Source: Blastocladiella emersonii ATCC 22665
Lineage: Eukaryota; Fungi; Blastocladiomycota
NCBI GenBank assembly: GCA_025594325.1
Contig: JANHCV010000003.1
Span: 2,046,001-2,110,000 of the forward strand
DNA length: 64,000 bases
Reading direction: 5' to 3'
Position 1 is the first letter of the stretch; every line of letters begins with the position of its first letter. Positions 35,542 to 46,564 of the stretch are shown here, in pieces. Both the position numbers and the translations under genes were made by a program. Under the pieces are notes generated by a model. That model was not told the DNA's origin. It saw only the letters and a program-made list of their open reading frames with translations, and searched no databases.

Positions 35542-36880
35542 ATGAGCACCTTCGGCACCCTGTTCCGCGTCAGCACCTTCGGCGAGTCCCACTGCAAGGG
35601 CGTCGGGTGCATTGTCGAGGGCGTGCCGCCCGGCCTGCCGCTCACCGAGGACGACGTGCAGCCGCAGCTCACGCGCCGCCGCCCCGGACAGAGCGCGCTG
35701 ACGACGCCGGTACGCTGCTGCTGTGCTCTTGCGCGAGCTGGATCCGCCTCCACTCATGCTCGACTGTCCCCGCTCTAGCGCGACGAGAAGGACCGCGTGT
35801 CGATCCTCAGCGGCACCGAGTTCGGCACCACGCTCGGCACGCCCATCGGCCTGTTCGTGCCGAACCAGGACCAGCGGCCGGGCGACTACTCGGAGACGGA
35901 CCTGTACCCGCGCCCGTCACACGCCGACTGGACGTACCTGCAAAAGTACGGCGTCAAGGCGAGCTCGGGCGGCGGCCGGTCGTCGGCGCGCGAGACCATT
36001 GGCCGCGTCGCCGCGGGGGCCATCGCCGAAAAGTACCTCCGCGTTGCGCACGGCGTCGAGATCGTCGCCTTCACGTCGGCCATCGGGTCCGAGAGCATGA
36101 AGGACGTGACGGCCGATCACGCCAGCGCCATGGAGTTCCTCGAGAAGGTGTCCCGCGCCGACGTGGACGCGAGCGACGTGCGGTGCCCCGACGCCGAGGC
36201 CGCCGAGCGCATGCGCGGCGTGATCGTGGCCAGCCGCGACGCTCAGGACTCGATCGGCGGCACCGTGACGTGCGTCATCCGCAACGTGCCCGTCGGCCTC
36301 GGCGAGCCGTGCTTCGACAAGCTCGAGGCGCGCCTCGCCCACGCCATGCTGTCGATCCCCGCCACCAAGGGGTTCGAGATCGGGTCCGGCTTCGTCGGCA
36401 CCACCATCCCCGGGTCCCAGCACAACGACGCCTGGGTCCGCCGCCCCGACGGCCGCCTCGGCACCACCACCAACTACTCGGGCGGCATCCAGGGTGGCAT
36501 CTCCAACGGCGAGAACGTCTACTTCAGCGTCGCCTTCAAGCCCGCCGCCACCATCGGCCAGGCCCAGACCACGGCGACGTACGACGGCGAGGACGGCGTC
36601 CTCCGCGCCCGCGGCCGCCACGACCCCTGCGTCGTGCCCCGCGCTATCCCGATCGTCGAGGCCATGGCCGCGCTCGTCGTCATGGAGTACGTTTCTCTCG
36701 CGGTGCAACGAGTGCCAGAGAAACACGCACTAACCCTGATCCACTCGCCACTACCACCATAGTGCCGTGCTCCAGCAGAACGCCCGCCGCGCCGCCATCG
36801 ACGCCATCCCGCAGAGCGTGCGCGACCAGATCGAGGCCAAGCTCACGGGCAAGGTTCGCCCGCCCACGGAGGCCGAGGGT

Positions 36881-36918
<38 letters not shown>

Positions 36919-36928
36919 GGCCCACTAA
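35542..36928 (+). CDS. ARO2: Chorismate synthase; exons 35542-35709, 35779-36686, 36763-36928
   Basis: [42 protein letters not shown] and [12 protein letters not shown]; (AACGGC)n Asn-Gly tail; TATAAG at 35455. Confidence 0.97.
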
Positions 36929-37197
36929 GGTCCTCGCGCGCACACGCACCCTCGATTAGCTCGCTCATATATAAATACCGTAATTTTTGTGCCTTCCTCG
37001 CCTCCAAGCAACGGGTCACGCCGACCCACGTGAGTCGAGTCGCACTCGCTCTGATCTGCAGCCACGTCGCCTCCGCCTCCGTGCCCGGCCATCGACGTTG
37101 AGGCCAGTGCGCCACGATCTTGACCCGTTGGAAACCACCGCCGGACGCAACGCATCACGACCGTTGGCGCCGGCATTCGGATCGCCCGTGAACCACC

Positions 37198-39810
37198 ATG
37201 AGCCACAGCCACCGCTCGACGCTCAAGCAGTCCAACAAGCCGTTCAAGGCCGGGCACGCGTCCAAGCGGACGCTCAAGAACAAGGCCAAGGGCAAGGTCG
37301 AGCGCCCGTCCGAGGCGCCGCGCGCGTCGGTGCGCAAGACGACGCTCAACTCCGAGGAGGCCAAGGCCAACCGGCGCAATGCGGCCAAGATCGCCATGAA
37401 GAACAAGCGCGCCGACCACATGGCCGCCGAGCGCATGTACACGGGCCGCAGCGGCGCGCCCAAGGTCGTCGCCATTGTCCCGCTGTGCACGGACGCGGAC
37501 GTGCACGGCGCCCTCGCGTCGCTCTTCGCCAGCGTCGGCGAGACCTACGTGCCGTCGGCCGCGCCCGCCGCCACGCTGCAGACCAAGTTCAAGCAGCAGC
37601 GCATCACGTTCCTCAAGCCCGCGCGCGCCCTCGACGCGGTCCTCGACGCCGTCAAGGTCGCCGACTACACGATGCTGCTGCTCAGCGCCAAGGTCGAGGT
37701 CGACGCGTTCGGCCAGGAGGTGCTCCTCCCCGCCATCCAGCAGCAGGGCATCCCCACGCCCATGGCCATGATCCAGCACCTGCACGCCGCCGCGAGCAGC
37801 GCCAAGGACCAGGCCGCCATCCGCATGTCGCTGCTCAGCTACACGACCTACTGGACGGCCGACCCGGACCGCACCCTCGCCCTCGACGTGCCCGCCGAGT
37901 GCACCAAGGCCGTCCGCTTCATCACCGACCGCCTGCCCAAGTCCATCACGTGGCGCGACCAGTACCCGTACATGATCCCCGACCACGTCGCCGCGCGCCC
38001 CGCGGCCGACGCGCCCGCCGGTGTTACGGACGTCGTCGATGTCGCCATCACGGGCCACGTCCGCGGCAACCGGCTGTCGGCGAACCGCCTCGTGCACATC
38101 CCGGGCGTCGGCGACTTCCAGATCGCGCAGGTCCTGTCAGCCAGCACGCACGCGGCCGCCGACGCCATGGACACGGCCAACGAGGTGCTCGATGAGCCCG
38201 ACAGCGACGCCGACGACCTCGTGTCCGAGAACGAGCCCGACGACCTGATGAACGAGCAGACGTGGCCCACCGAGGCCGAGATCGCGCTCGCGGCCGGCCG
38301 CGGCATCAAGCGCACCAAGCGCGTGCCCAAGGGCACCTCGTCGTACCAGGCGTCGTGGATCATTGACGAGGACGACGGCTCGGACGCCGAGGAGATTGGC
38401 GGCGGCGGCGCTGAGGGCGAGGACGCCGGCTTCACGAGCCACCCGCACGCGTCCGCCAACGTCGACTGGAGCCACGTCACGGGCTTCTCGGGATCTTTCA
38501 ACCCGGCGTCGCACGGCCAGCCCGACCGCCACACCGGCGGCGACGGCGACGTGGACATGTCGACCGACTCGGGCAGCGCCGGCGGCGAGGCGGCCGACGG
38601 CGACCTCGGCGACGACGACGAGGAGTACGAGGACGTGGAAATCGACGACCGCGCGTCCGTGTGGGACACGAAGATGGACGCGGCCGAGCAGGCGCGGCAG
38701 CTCGAGGCGTACCTGGAGCAGCAGCGGCGCGAGCGCGCCGAGCAGGCCGAGGAGGACCTCGACTACCCGGACGAGGTCGAGACGCCGCTCACGGTGCCCG
38801 CCAAGGTGCGGTTCGCGCGGTACCGCGGGCTCAAGTCGGTGCGCAAGTCCCCCTGGGACCCGTACGAGAACCTGCCGCGCGACTACGCGCGCCTGTTCCA
38901 GTTCGAGAACTGGATGCGCACGCGCCACCGCGTCACCAAGGAGCACGCCGAGTTTGCCACGGTCGCCCCCGGCAACTACGTGACCATCGTCCTGCGCAAC
39001 GTGCCGAGCCACGTCGCCAACGTCTTCTTCCTCCCCGGCGTCACGGACCCCGCCGACGTCGTCAAGGGCACCGCGTCCGGCGCGCTGTTCTGGGTCGTCG
39101 GCCTGCTCCCCTACGAGCACAAAGTCACCACGCTGCAGTTCTCGGTCCAGCGGCGCGACGAGTACACGGAGCCCATGCGGTCCAAGGACGAGGTGATCGT
39201 GCAGGCCGGGTGGCGCCGGTTCCGCGCCGCACCCGTGTGGTCCGAGATGGGCCGCGACGGCGGCAACAAGGTGTTCAAGTTCGAGCGGTTCCTGCAGCCC
39301 AAGCGCGTCGCCATGGGCACCGTGTTCGCGCCCAACACCTACTACGGGCCCGTCCTCCTGCTCGCGCCCGGAACCGAGTCGCAGCTGCCCGCGGTTATGG
39401 CCACGGGCAACGTGGTCGGCGCCGACGCCAACCGCATCATCGCCAAGCGCGTGGTCCTCACCGGCCACCCGTACAAGATGCATAAGAAGGTGGCCGTGAT
39501 CCGGTGGATGTTCTACTCGCCCGACGACGTGCACTGGTTCAAGCCCGTCCAGCTCTACACGCGCAACGGCCGCACGGGCCACATCCGCGAGTCGCTCGGC
39601 ACCCACGGGTACATGAAGTGCATCTTCGACGGACCCGTCCAGCAGAACGAGACCGTCTGCATGAACCTCTACAAGCGCATCTTCCCCAAGACCTTCGCGT
39701 CCCTCATCGCGCCCGCGGTCCCGGGCGCCGCCGCGTACGCCGAGGTCTGGACCGCGCCACCGACGATCGCGGGCGCGGACGACGAGGACGAGATGATGAT
39801 GGACGAGTAG
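37198..39810 (+). CDS. TSR1: Pre-40S assembly factor Tsr1
   Basis: HRSTLKQSNKPFK, NEQTWPTEAE, KRVPKGTSSYQASW, YPDEVET, RFARYRGLKS, WDPYENLP, KRVVLTGHP and SLGTHGYMKC; intronless. Confidence 0.95.
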   Translation: MSHSHRSTLKQSNKPFKAGHASKRTLKNKAKGKVERPSEAPRASVRKTTLNSEEAKANRRNAAKIAMKNKRADHMAAERMYTGRSGAPKVVAIVPLCTDADVHGALASLFASVGETYVPSAAPAATLQTKFKQQRITFLKPARALDAVLDAVKVADYTMLLLSAKVEVDAFGQEVLLPAIQQQGIPTPMAMIQHLHAAASSAKDQAAIRMSLLSYTTYWTADPDRTLALDVPAECTKAVRFITDRLPKSITWRDQYPYMIPDHVAARPAADAPAGVTDVVDVAITGHVRGNRLSANRLVHIPGVGDFQIAQVLSASTHAAADAMDTANEVLDEPDSDADDLVSENEPDDLMNEQTWPTEAEIALAAGRGIKRTKRVPKGTSSYQASWIIDEDDGSDAEEIGGGGAEGEDAGFTSHPHASANVDWSHVTGFSGSFNPASHGQPDRHTGGDGDVDMSTDSGSAGGEAADGDLGDDDEEYEDVEIDDRASVWDTKMDAAEQARQLEAYLEQQRRERAEQAEEDLDYPDEVETPLTVPAKVRFARYRGLKSVRKSPWDPYENLPRDYARLFQFENWMRTRHRVTKEHAEFATVAPGNYVTIVLRNVPSHVANVFFLPGVTDPADVVKGTASGALFWVVGLLPYEHKVTTLQFSVQRRDEYTEPMRSKDEVIVQAGWRRFRAAPVWSEMGRDGGNKVFKFERFLQPKRVAMGTVFAPNTYYGPVLLLAPGTESQLPAVMATGNVVGADANRIIAKRVVLTGHPYKMHKKVAVIRWMFYSPDDVHWFKPVQLYTRNGRTGHIRESLGTHGYMKCIFDGPVQQNETVCMNLYKRIFPKTFASLIAPAVPGAAAYAEVWTAPPTIAGADDEDEMMMDE

Positions 39811-41247
39811 ACTGGATCGTGTGGTTTGTTTGTAATGTATCTCCCCCTAGCTTCTATCGTACACGCCTTGACTCGCGCGGGGGTGAATGAGCGAAGGGAG
39901 CTGAAACGCGACGCGACGAAGGTGGCGCAGCTCGATGCGTCGCTGCGCCACCCGCTTGCTCGGAGTCACCTGAGATCCGCTGCTTTCGCATTGATCATCA
40001 TCTCAAGCAGCGCACGACCAGTCTGCAAGGCAGCTCGAGCAAGGCATCGCCTATAAATCCCGGCCGCCCTCCCCGCTTCAGCACTTGCTCCTCACCCTTC
40101 TTCACTCATTGCAACACACCATGTCTGCCCAGATTGCGCTCATCTCGTCGTCCTCGTCGTCGTCGTCCAAGATGTTCTCGTCCTCGGTCAAGCTGCCGCT
40201 CAATGGCACCAGCATCAACATGCCCGGGAACAAGAAGACCACCGACAACAACGAGTGCGTCGACTCGACGCCGACCCCCACGGTCGGCACGCTCAAGCAC
40301 CGGTTCGAGCGGCAGCTCAAGTCTGCTCCCAGCTTGCCCACCACTCGTTCGCCCTGCTCGCGGTCCGAGGACCAGGTCCACGTCGCCCAGTTTGGCGATG
40401 CCAAGAACCAGCTCGCGCAGGGCAACAACGAGACCAAGTCGGTTCCGGCGTGCGCTGTGACGGCGGCGGCGGTGCTCGAGGCGCTCGCCGGGGTGCATGT
40501 ATCGGCCCTGTGCGCTTCCTTTGAGCCCGCCGCCGTGGCTACTGTCACACCCGCCGCTGCCGTCCCGACTATCCAGGCCGCTGTTGTTAACGCTCTCGTG
40601 TCGACTGCGGCGCCGATCAAGACCCAGGAGACCTCGACGTGCCCCGACCCCGCGGGCACCGTGGCAACCGAGTTCTCCACCACGTTCGAGTCGACTCGCG
40701 TTCCCGCCGCTACCGCCCAAGCCGAGAAGAAGCGCAGCACCGCTGGCAACGTTCTGCGCTGGGTTCGCCGCCGTGCCGGCCACCGTGGCAGTGCGCCGGC
40801 GGCCGCGGCGGACCCCGAGGCGAAGGTGGCGATCGTGGCCAAGTCCATGGCCATCAACTCGAACCTCGTCAAGCTCCCGGCCGAGCTCGGCTCGGATCAG
40901 ACGCTGGTCGAGTCGGCTTCGACCTCCCGTTGGTCGTCGATCAAGGCTCGGTTCAGCAACCTCCTGGGCGGTGCATCCAGTACCGTCAAGGTGTCTGCTG
41001 CGACTTCCGAGCCGCGGTCGACCAAGTTTGGCGTCAAGGTTCTCCCCAATTCCTCGGCGCCCGTTGTCCTGCGGTCCGCTGTGGCCGCCGTTGATGTTTG
41101 CTGAGTTGTTGATGTTCTGCTTTTCGTGATACCCCTCATCTGTTCCTGTCTCTTGAAAAGTACTGTTCGTTTGCGCTTCGCCTGTTCGAAAATTTGATTT
41201 CTTTCATGTGTTCCCAACATCATCATTTAGTTGATCAGGATCAGACT
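39778..41247 (+). repeat. Left arm of a 1470-bp inverted duplication (partner 44891-46360)
   Basis: Paired coordinates sum to 86138 at both ends and at the ORF boundaries. All listed ORF translations in the two arms are identical. Confidence 0.95.
40121..41104 (+). CDS. Orphan Ser/Thr/Ala-rich protein, 327 aa, copy 1
   Basis: TATAAA at 40052, CACACC-ATG start context and an open frame conserved in the diverged third copy; no recognisable domain. Confidence 0.7.
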   Translation: MSAQIALISSSSSSSSKMFSSSVKLPLNGTSINMPGNKKTTDNNECVDSTPTPTVGTLKHRFERQLKSAPSLPTTRSPCSRSEDQVHVAQFGDAKNQLAQGNNETKSVPACAVTAAAVLEALAGVHVSALCASFEPAAVATVTPAAAVPTIQAAVVNALVSTAAPIKTQETSTCPDPAGTVATEFSTTFESTRVPAATAQAEKKRSTAGNVLRWVRRRAGHRGSAPAAAADPEAKVAIVAKSMAINSNLVKLPAELGSDQTLVESASTSRWSSIKARFSNLLGGASSTVKVSAATSEPRSTKFGVKVLPNSSAPVVLRSAVAAVDVC

Positions 41248-41273
41248 TATCTACTGGGCCCAATTGTGCGAGC

Positions 41274-41690
41274 ATGGCCGGCCATTCGTACGCGTTCGGT
41301 GCGCTGACGGCGAACCTCATTTTCTCTCGCGTACGTGGCCATCTCGTTCGGCATCATGGTGATCATCGCGACGGTCGTGATAGTTCTAGTCGAGGAATCT
41401 TCCATTTCGGGAGTGCTGCTCCTTGGCCTGATCCTCATCCTTGCGTTCCGGACGCTGATGGCGAACAGCAGGAGGACGGCCACGTTGTACGGCCTGCGCA
41501 CCTCGGCCGTCACCATTAGCGCGGCCTAGTTGGTCACGGGCGACTCGGGCATCATCAGCGTTGGACTCACCAAGGACGCGCTCGCCACCACGGCCGACTT
41601 CATGGAAAGGGCCGTTGTCGTTGTCCGCGAGGACTTGTCCGTTCTCATCGCGGGCCACGTCCAAGCGCGCGGCAAGTGCATGTTCATGCT
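41274..41690 (+). pseudogene. Disrupted small membrane-protein gene (module C), copy 1
   Basis: Hydrophobic segments (AISFGIMVIIATVVIVLV, GVLLLGLILILAF, YGLRTSAVTISAA) are broken by a frameshift and a TAG at 41527. Homologous to 44430-44880, 46361-46564 and 56764-57170. Confidence 0.6.
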
Positions 41691-42009
41691 GAGGTGCGGC
41701 TCTCGTACGCTCATTGACGACGAAGTCCCCCTGGATCGCTCCGAGTGGATCGCACCGAGAGCCGTGCGAAGTGCCACGAGGCCATGTGTCGAGCCCACGT
41801 GCGGCTGCCAGCCAGGGGCGCCCGAGTTCGTTGATTATGAGTGCATAGGCCGAAGAAGGCGAGACTATCGGGTATGAGCCGGAGTTTCTCAAGAGTCGGC
41901 GGAACAGTTCTCGACGGACGCAAGCGGATCCAGTGCGTCGCGTCGTTGTCGAGGCCCGACTCGCGTCGAGGCACTGAAACGGTCCGGGCAACTACAAAGA
42001 CGGGTTTCT

Positions 42010-42205
42010 AGGCCATAGATATACAAGTTGCATGAGGTGCCATCGTAAAACTCGAGAGAGTTGGAGACGGGTCGGCCAACGAGTGGCGGAGATGCGATGC
42101 TCAAAGCGCGATCGACCGCCGCGGCGCGTCCTCGCTCTCTCATCGCACGACACCATGGAACTGATATAACGAAAGATGTGATATTGATTGCTGGGTAACA
42201 TGAAA
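42010..42205 (-). repeat. Dispersed repeat of about 200 bp (module D), diverged inverted partner at 47340-47535
   Basis: Shared blocks include AGCAATCAA.A.TCACATCT, GAGAGCGAGGACGCG.CGCGGCG and CGATGGCACCTCATGCAA. Confidence 0.8.
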
Positions 42206-42297
42206 AAGTATTTACACGGTCGATCCTCGCATTCGGAGCGTCCAGGACCTTGGGGAATGTGCTTGAGGGTGGCGAGTCGGCGAACGCGACGCCGCGC

Positions 42298-43074
42298 TCA
42301 CATGAGGTTGTGGTGGACAGGCAGGAGCGTCATGACGTCGCCGCCGACGTCGCCGTGGTGCGGAGTCGGGAGCAGGTGGTGGAAGTCGCCGTTGCCGCCG
42401 CCGTCCGCGGGCGATGGGCCCCAGGTCGCCGGGTCGCCGCCGCTGGCGATGAGCGAGCCGCCGTCGCCGTCGGTCGAGCTGTGGTTGCCCCACTGGCCCT
42501 GCTGCTGCCACTGGTTCTGTGCCTGAAACGCGTCGCCGCCGTGGCTCTGCTGCCACTGCGACTGGGCCTGCGACTGGGCGCCGTGGTCGCCAAACTGGGT
42601 CTGCGACTGCGACTGGGACTGCTGCTGCGCCGCGTCGCCCGAGTTGTTGCTGCCCCACTGGCCCTGCCACTGCGACTGCGACTGCGACTGGGCACCGTGG
42701 TCGCCGAACTGGGTCTGCGACTGCGACTGGTTCTGGGCGCCGTTGCCGCCGTTCTGCGTCTGCCACTGCGACTGCGACTGGGCGCCGCCGTCGCCCCACT
42801 GGCTCTGCGACTGGGACTGGGACTGCTGCTGCGCGGGGTCGACCGAGTTATGGCCCTGGAACTGCGACTGCCACTGCGACTGCGACTGGTTGCCGCCGTC
42901 GCCAAACTGGTTCTGGGTCTGCGACTGGGACTGCGACTGCGAGCCGTTGCCGCCAAACTGGGTCTGCGACTGCGACTGGGACTGGTTCTGGGCGCCGTTG
43001 CCACCCCACTGGTTCTGGAACTGCGACTGCGACTGCGACTGGACGGGCGGGACGAAGATCGGGCCGAAGGTCAT
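42298..43074 (-). CDS. Orphan (QSQSQ)-rich prion-like protein (258 aa), paralog of 20931-21659
   Basis: Intronless, with TATAAG at about 43174-43179. It shares the N-terminal MT(F/Y)..PI.VP.VQ, the GG(D/N)P(A/N)TWGP motif and the C-terminal GG.GDFH...P with its paralog. Confidence 0.8.
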   Translation of the reverse strand: MTFGPIFVPPVQSQSQSQFQNQWGGNGAQNQSQSQSQTQFGGNGSQSQSQSQTQNQFGDGGNQSQSQWQSQFQGHNSVDPAQQQSQSQSQSQWGDGGAQSQSQWQTQNGGNGAQNQSQSQTQFGDHGAQSQSQSQWQGQWGSNNSGDAAQQQSQSQSQTQFGDHGAQSQAQSQWQQSHGGDAFQAQNQWQQQGQWGNHSSTDGDGGSLIASGGDPATWGPSPADGGGNGDFHHLLPTPHHGDVGGDVMTLLPVHHNLM

Positions 43075-44429
43075 CCTGGAGAGGTGGTGAAGGTGGTGGT
43101 GTGGGTGTGGCGGCGCTGGACGAGGAGGTGCTGATGATCAAGTCGGTCTGAGACGGCAGGGGAGCAGCCCGTTCTTATACGAGTCGGCGCCGCGTGACAG
43201 CAAGCCGCTGAGCACGGTTGCGTCGCATTCTGAGCCGGATCAAAGACGGAGCGGTGAGCCGTCGCGGTATGCGGTTCACAGACGCGGGGGAGGCGCCGCA
43301 GTGCGCCGCAGTTCCAGCGGAAAGCTGCGGCTGCGGTCAGCGTCGGCTGCAGATTCGACCGGAATCCGGTGCACGGGCCGCTGTCAACGGTGACCTTGGA
43401 ATGCGGAACACGGAACGCGAGCGGGAGGGAACGCGGTTTCGAGCCGTGGAAGCGGAAAGCGGTGACACGCGACCGAGTGGCGGTGGCTCAGCCACGGGTG
43501 GCGCAGCCGCTCGCCCAACAACGCGCCGCGCCACGGCCACCGGTGCCACTGCGTCGAAATAGGGCGAAGACGGTGACGATGAGTTTGGTGCCGTTGAGTC
43601 GCCTTGATTTGAGAGCCGAGCTTGAGCAAACGAAGCGGGCGAATCCGAGGTCCACTTCGCCCTGAATGTTCCCGACCGCCGATTACTGGTGCCATTTTAA
43701 AAACTGCTGCAAACGGTACTTGTACTTGTATTCGTGAAAACCTCGAAGGCGGCGGTGCGAAGCGGGTTGATGTGACGTCATGAGCCGACGGGCAGTCAGA
43801 ATCGACGCGTCGCGAAATCACGTTTCTGTCTCCACCGGGGTGCGAGACGCGTCGAGATTTTCGGAACCCACTTGCGTATCGTATCCCACTTGTCCCCTAC
43901 ACAGGTCCTGAAGGGTTCAAAGGCTTCGCTACCCGGAGTGAGGGTATCCCGTGGCCCGAGTCAACACTCGGCGCAACAGCGAGCGCTCGCCTGCCAACGC
44001 TCAAATACCCAACTCGCCCCCGGCCATCCCCACGCTCCCCGATCCCCAAGTGCGAAGCGACATCCGCTGTTGCGTCAATGCCTAGCTTGCTCCACCGCGA
44101 TCTCCTCCTTTCCGTGCCGAGTATTGAGCCGCGTCTGTGGCAGCGGCGCAGGTTCCTTGGACCACGGCCAAGCGATCATGGCGACGTTTACAAACAGTGG
44201 ATGTGGGTACGTCTTTCGCCCACCGTAGAGTGTGGATATGGTGCTACTTTATAACATGCGAAGAACGCTCATACCTCAGCGGATCGGAGTGTTGCTACTT
44301 TATTGAGCCTCGCGCGCTCGTCCTCTGTGAGAGCGAACGCGCTTCGAACCGATCCGCGTCAGGCCTGCGCTGTTCGCCGTGCGTATAGTTTGAGCTTGAC
44401 CACGAACACGGTAACAATCACGATTCATG

Positions 44430-44880
44430 AACAGGACCTCAGTTACGCAGTCGTTTGGACATGGTCGGCGATGAGAACGGACAGGCCCTCGCGGACAAGG
44501 ACAAAGGTCTTCTTCATGAGGTTGCCCGTGATGGCGAGCGCGTCCTTGGTGAGTCTAACGCTGATAAAACCCGACTTGCCCGTGACCGACCTGACCGCGC
44601 TGAGGGTGACCGCCGAAGCGTGCAGGCCGTAGAAGGTGGCCTTGATCTTGCCGACCGCGATCAGCGCCCAGAACGAAATGGAGAGGATCACGTCGAGGAA
44701 CAACACCCCGAAACTGACGATTCCGCTCTAGACTACGGCCAGCCCGACCGTTGAAAGCTTCGTCACGAAGCCGAACAAGAGACGGTAGCCGCCTGCGTGA
44801 GAATGATCACGAGGTTCGGGATCCCTGTCAGCGCGCCGAACCCGTAAAGATGGCTGGCCGCGTCGCTTTGTCATTTGAAA
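44430..44880 (-). pseudogene. Disrupted module C membrane-protein gene, copy 2
   Basis: VILSISFWALIAVGKIKATFYGLHASAVTLSAVRSVTGKSGFISVRLTKDALA is collinear with copy 1; its 5' part has stops and frameshifts. Confidence 0.6.
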
Positions 44881-44890
44881 CCAGTGGCTG

Positions 44891-46360
44891 AGTCTGATCC
44901 TGATCAACTAAATGATGATGTTGGGAACACATGAAAGAAATCAAATTTTCGAACAGGCGAAGCGCAAACGAACAGTACTTTTCAAGAGACAGGAACAGAT
45001 GAGGGGTATCACGAAAAGCAGAACATCAACAACTCAGCAAACATCAACGGCGGCCACAGCGGACCGCAGGACAACGGGCGCCGAGGAATTGGGGAGAACC
45101 TTGACGCCAAACTTGGTCGACCGCGGCTCGGAAGTCGCAGCAGACACCTTGACGGTACTGGATGCACCGCCCAGGAGGTTGCTGAACCGAGCCTTGATCG
45201 ACGACCAACGGGAGGTCGAAGCCGACTCGACCAGCGTCTGATCCGAGCCGAGCTCGGCCGGGAGCTTGACGAGGTTCGAGTTGATGGCCATGGACTTGGC
45301 CACGATCGCCACCTTCGCCTCGGGGTCCGCCGCGGCCGCCGGCGCACTGCCACGGTGGCCGGCACGGCGGCGAACCCAGCGCAGAACGTTGCCAGCGGTG
45401 CTGCGCTTCTTCTCGGCTTGGGCGGTAGCGGCGGGAACGCGAGTCGACTCGAACGTGGTGGAGAACTCGGTTGCCACGGTGCCCGCGGGGTCGGGGCACG
45501 TCGAGGTCTCCTGGGTCTTGATCGGCGCCGCAGTCGACACGAGAGCGTTAACAACAGCGGCCTGGATAGTCGGGACGGCAGCGGCGGGTGTGACAGTAGC
45601 CACGGCGGCGGGCTCAAAGGAAGCGCACAGGGCCGATACATGCACCCCGGCGAGCGCCTCGAGCACCGCCGCCGCCGTCACAGCGCACGCCGGAACCGAC
45701 TTGGTCTCGTTGTTGCCCTGCGCGAGCTGGTTCTTGGCATCGCCAAACTGGGCGACGTGGACCTGGTCCTCGGACCGCGAGCAGGGCGAACGAGTGGTGG
45801 GCAAGCTGGGAGCAGACTTGAGCTGCCGCTCGAACCGGTGCTTGAGCGTGCCGACCGTGGGGGTCGGCGTCGAGTCGACGCACTCGTTGTTGTCGGTGGT
45901 CTTCTTGTTCCCGGGCATGTTGATGCTGGTGCCATTGAGCGGCAGCTTGACCGAGGACGAGAACATCTTGGACGACGACGACGAGGACGACGAGATGAGC
46001 GCAATCTGGGCAGACATGGTGTGTTGCAATGAGTGAAGAAGGGTGAGGAGCAAGTGCTGAAGCGGGGAGGGCGGCCGGGATTTATAGGCGATGCCTTGCT
46101 CGAGCTGCCTTGCAGACTGGTCGTGCGCTGCTTGAGATGATGATCAATGCGAAAGCAGCGGATCTCAGGTGACTCCGAGCAAGCGGGTGGCGCAGCGACG
46201 CATCGAGCTGCGCCACCTTCGTCGCGTCGCGTTTCAGCTCCCTTCGCTCATTCACCCCCGCGCGAGTCAAGGCGTGTACGATAGAAGCTAGGGGGAGATA
46301 CATTACAAACAAACCACACGATCCAGTCTACTCGTCCATCATCATCTCGTCCTCGTCGTC
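44891..46360 (-). repeat. Right arm of the 1470-bp inverted duplication
   Basis: Reverse complement of 39778-41247, including the last 33 nt of the TSR1 CDS and its 3' UTR. Confidence 0.95.
45034..46017 (-). CDS. Orphan Ser/Thr/Ala-rich protein, 327 aa, copy 2 (identical to copy 1)
   Basis: The translation is identical to 40121-41104 in the ORF track. Confidence 0.7.
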   Translation of the reverse strand: MSAQIALISSSSSSSSKMFSSSVKLPLNGTSINMPGNKKTTDNNECVDSTPTPTVGTLKHRFERQLKSAPSLPTTRSPCSRSEDQVHVAQFGDAKNQLAQGNNETKSVPACAVTAAAVLEALAGVHVSALCASFEPAAVATVTPAAAVPTIQAAVVNALVSTAAPIKTQETSTCPDPAGTVATEFSTTFESTRVPAATAQAEKKRSTAGNVLRWVRRRAGHRGSAPAAAADPEAKVAIVAKSMAINSNLVKLPAELGSDQTLVESASTSRWSSIKARFSNLLGGASSTVKVSAATSEPRSTKFGVKVLPNSSAPVVLRSAVAAVDVC

Positions 46361-46564
46361 GTCATCCGCGTCCATCCTTGCCGCCAATGAAACCATGACA
46401 GGCCCGACCGTGCTGAAGGCGATAGACGAGACGCGCAGGCCGCCAACGGCGGCCGCGATGAGAGCCACAGCTTCGAGCGTGATCCAGAGCGAGAAGTAGA
46501 CGATGAGGTCAAGCGGCAGCCCGAATCCAAGAAGTTTCCTCACGACCACAGCCACGGCGACCAT
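46328..46564 (-). CDS. Chimeric 78-aa ORF: module C-type membrane segment fused in frame to the TSR1 acidic C-terminus
   Basis: MVAVAVVVRKLLGFGLPLDLIVYFSLWITLEAVALIAAAVGGLRVSSIAFSTVGPVMVSLAARMDAD followed by DDEDEMMMDE*, the same ending as TSR1. Confidence 0.4.
   Translation of the reverse strand: MVAVAVVVRKLLGFGLPLDLIVYFSLWITLEAVALIAAAVGGLRVSSIAFSTVGPVMVSLAARMDADDDDEDEMMMDE

Noticed and set aside
36885-36918. (AACGGC)n repeat at the ARO2 C-terminus and similar short coding runs (poly-A, poly-D, poly-N)
   Set aside because: Ordinary slippage repeats in disordered tails, common throughout this window.
39778-46360. Composite DNA transposon or LTR element
   Set aside because: No transposase, integrase or RT ORF and no target-site duplication; the arm starts inside the TSR1 coding sequence.
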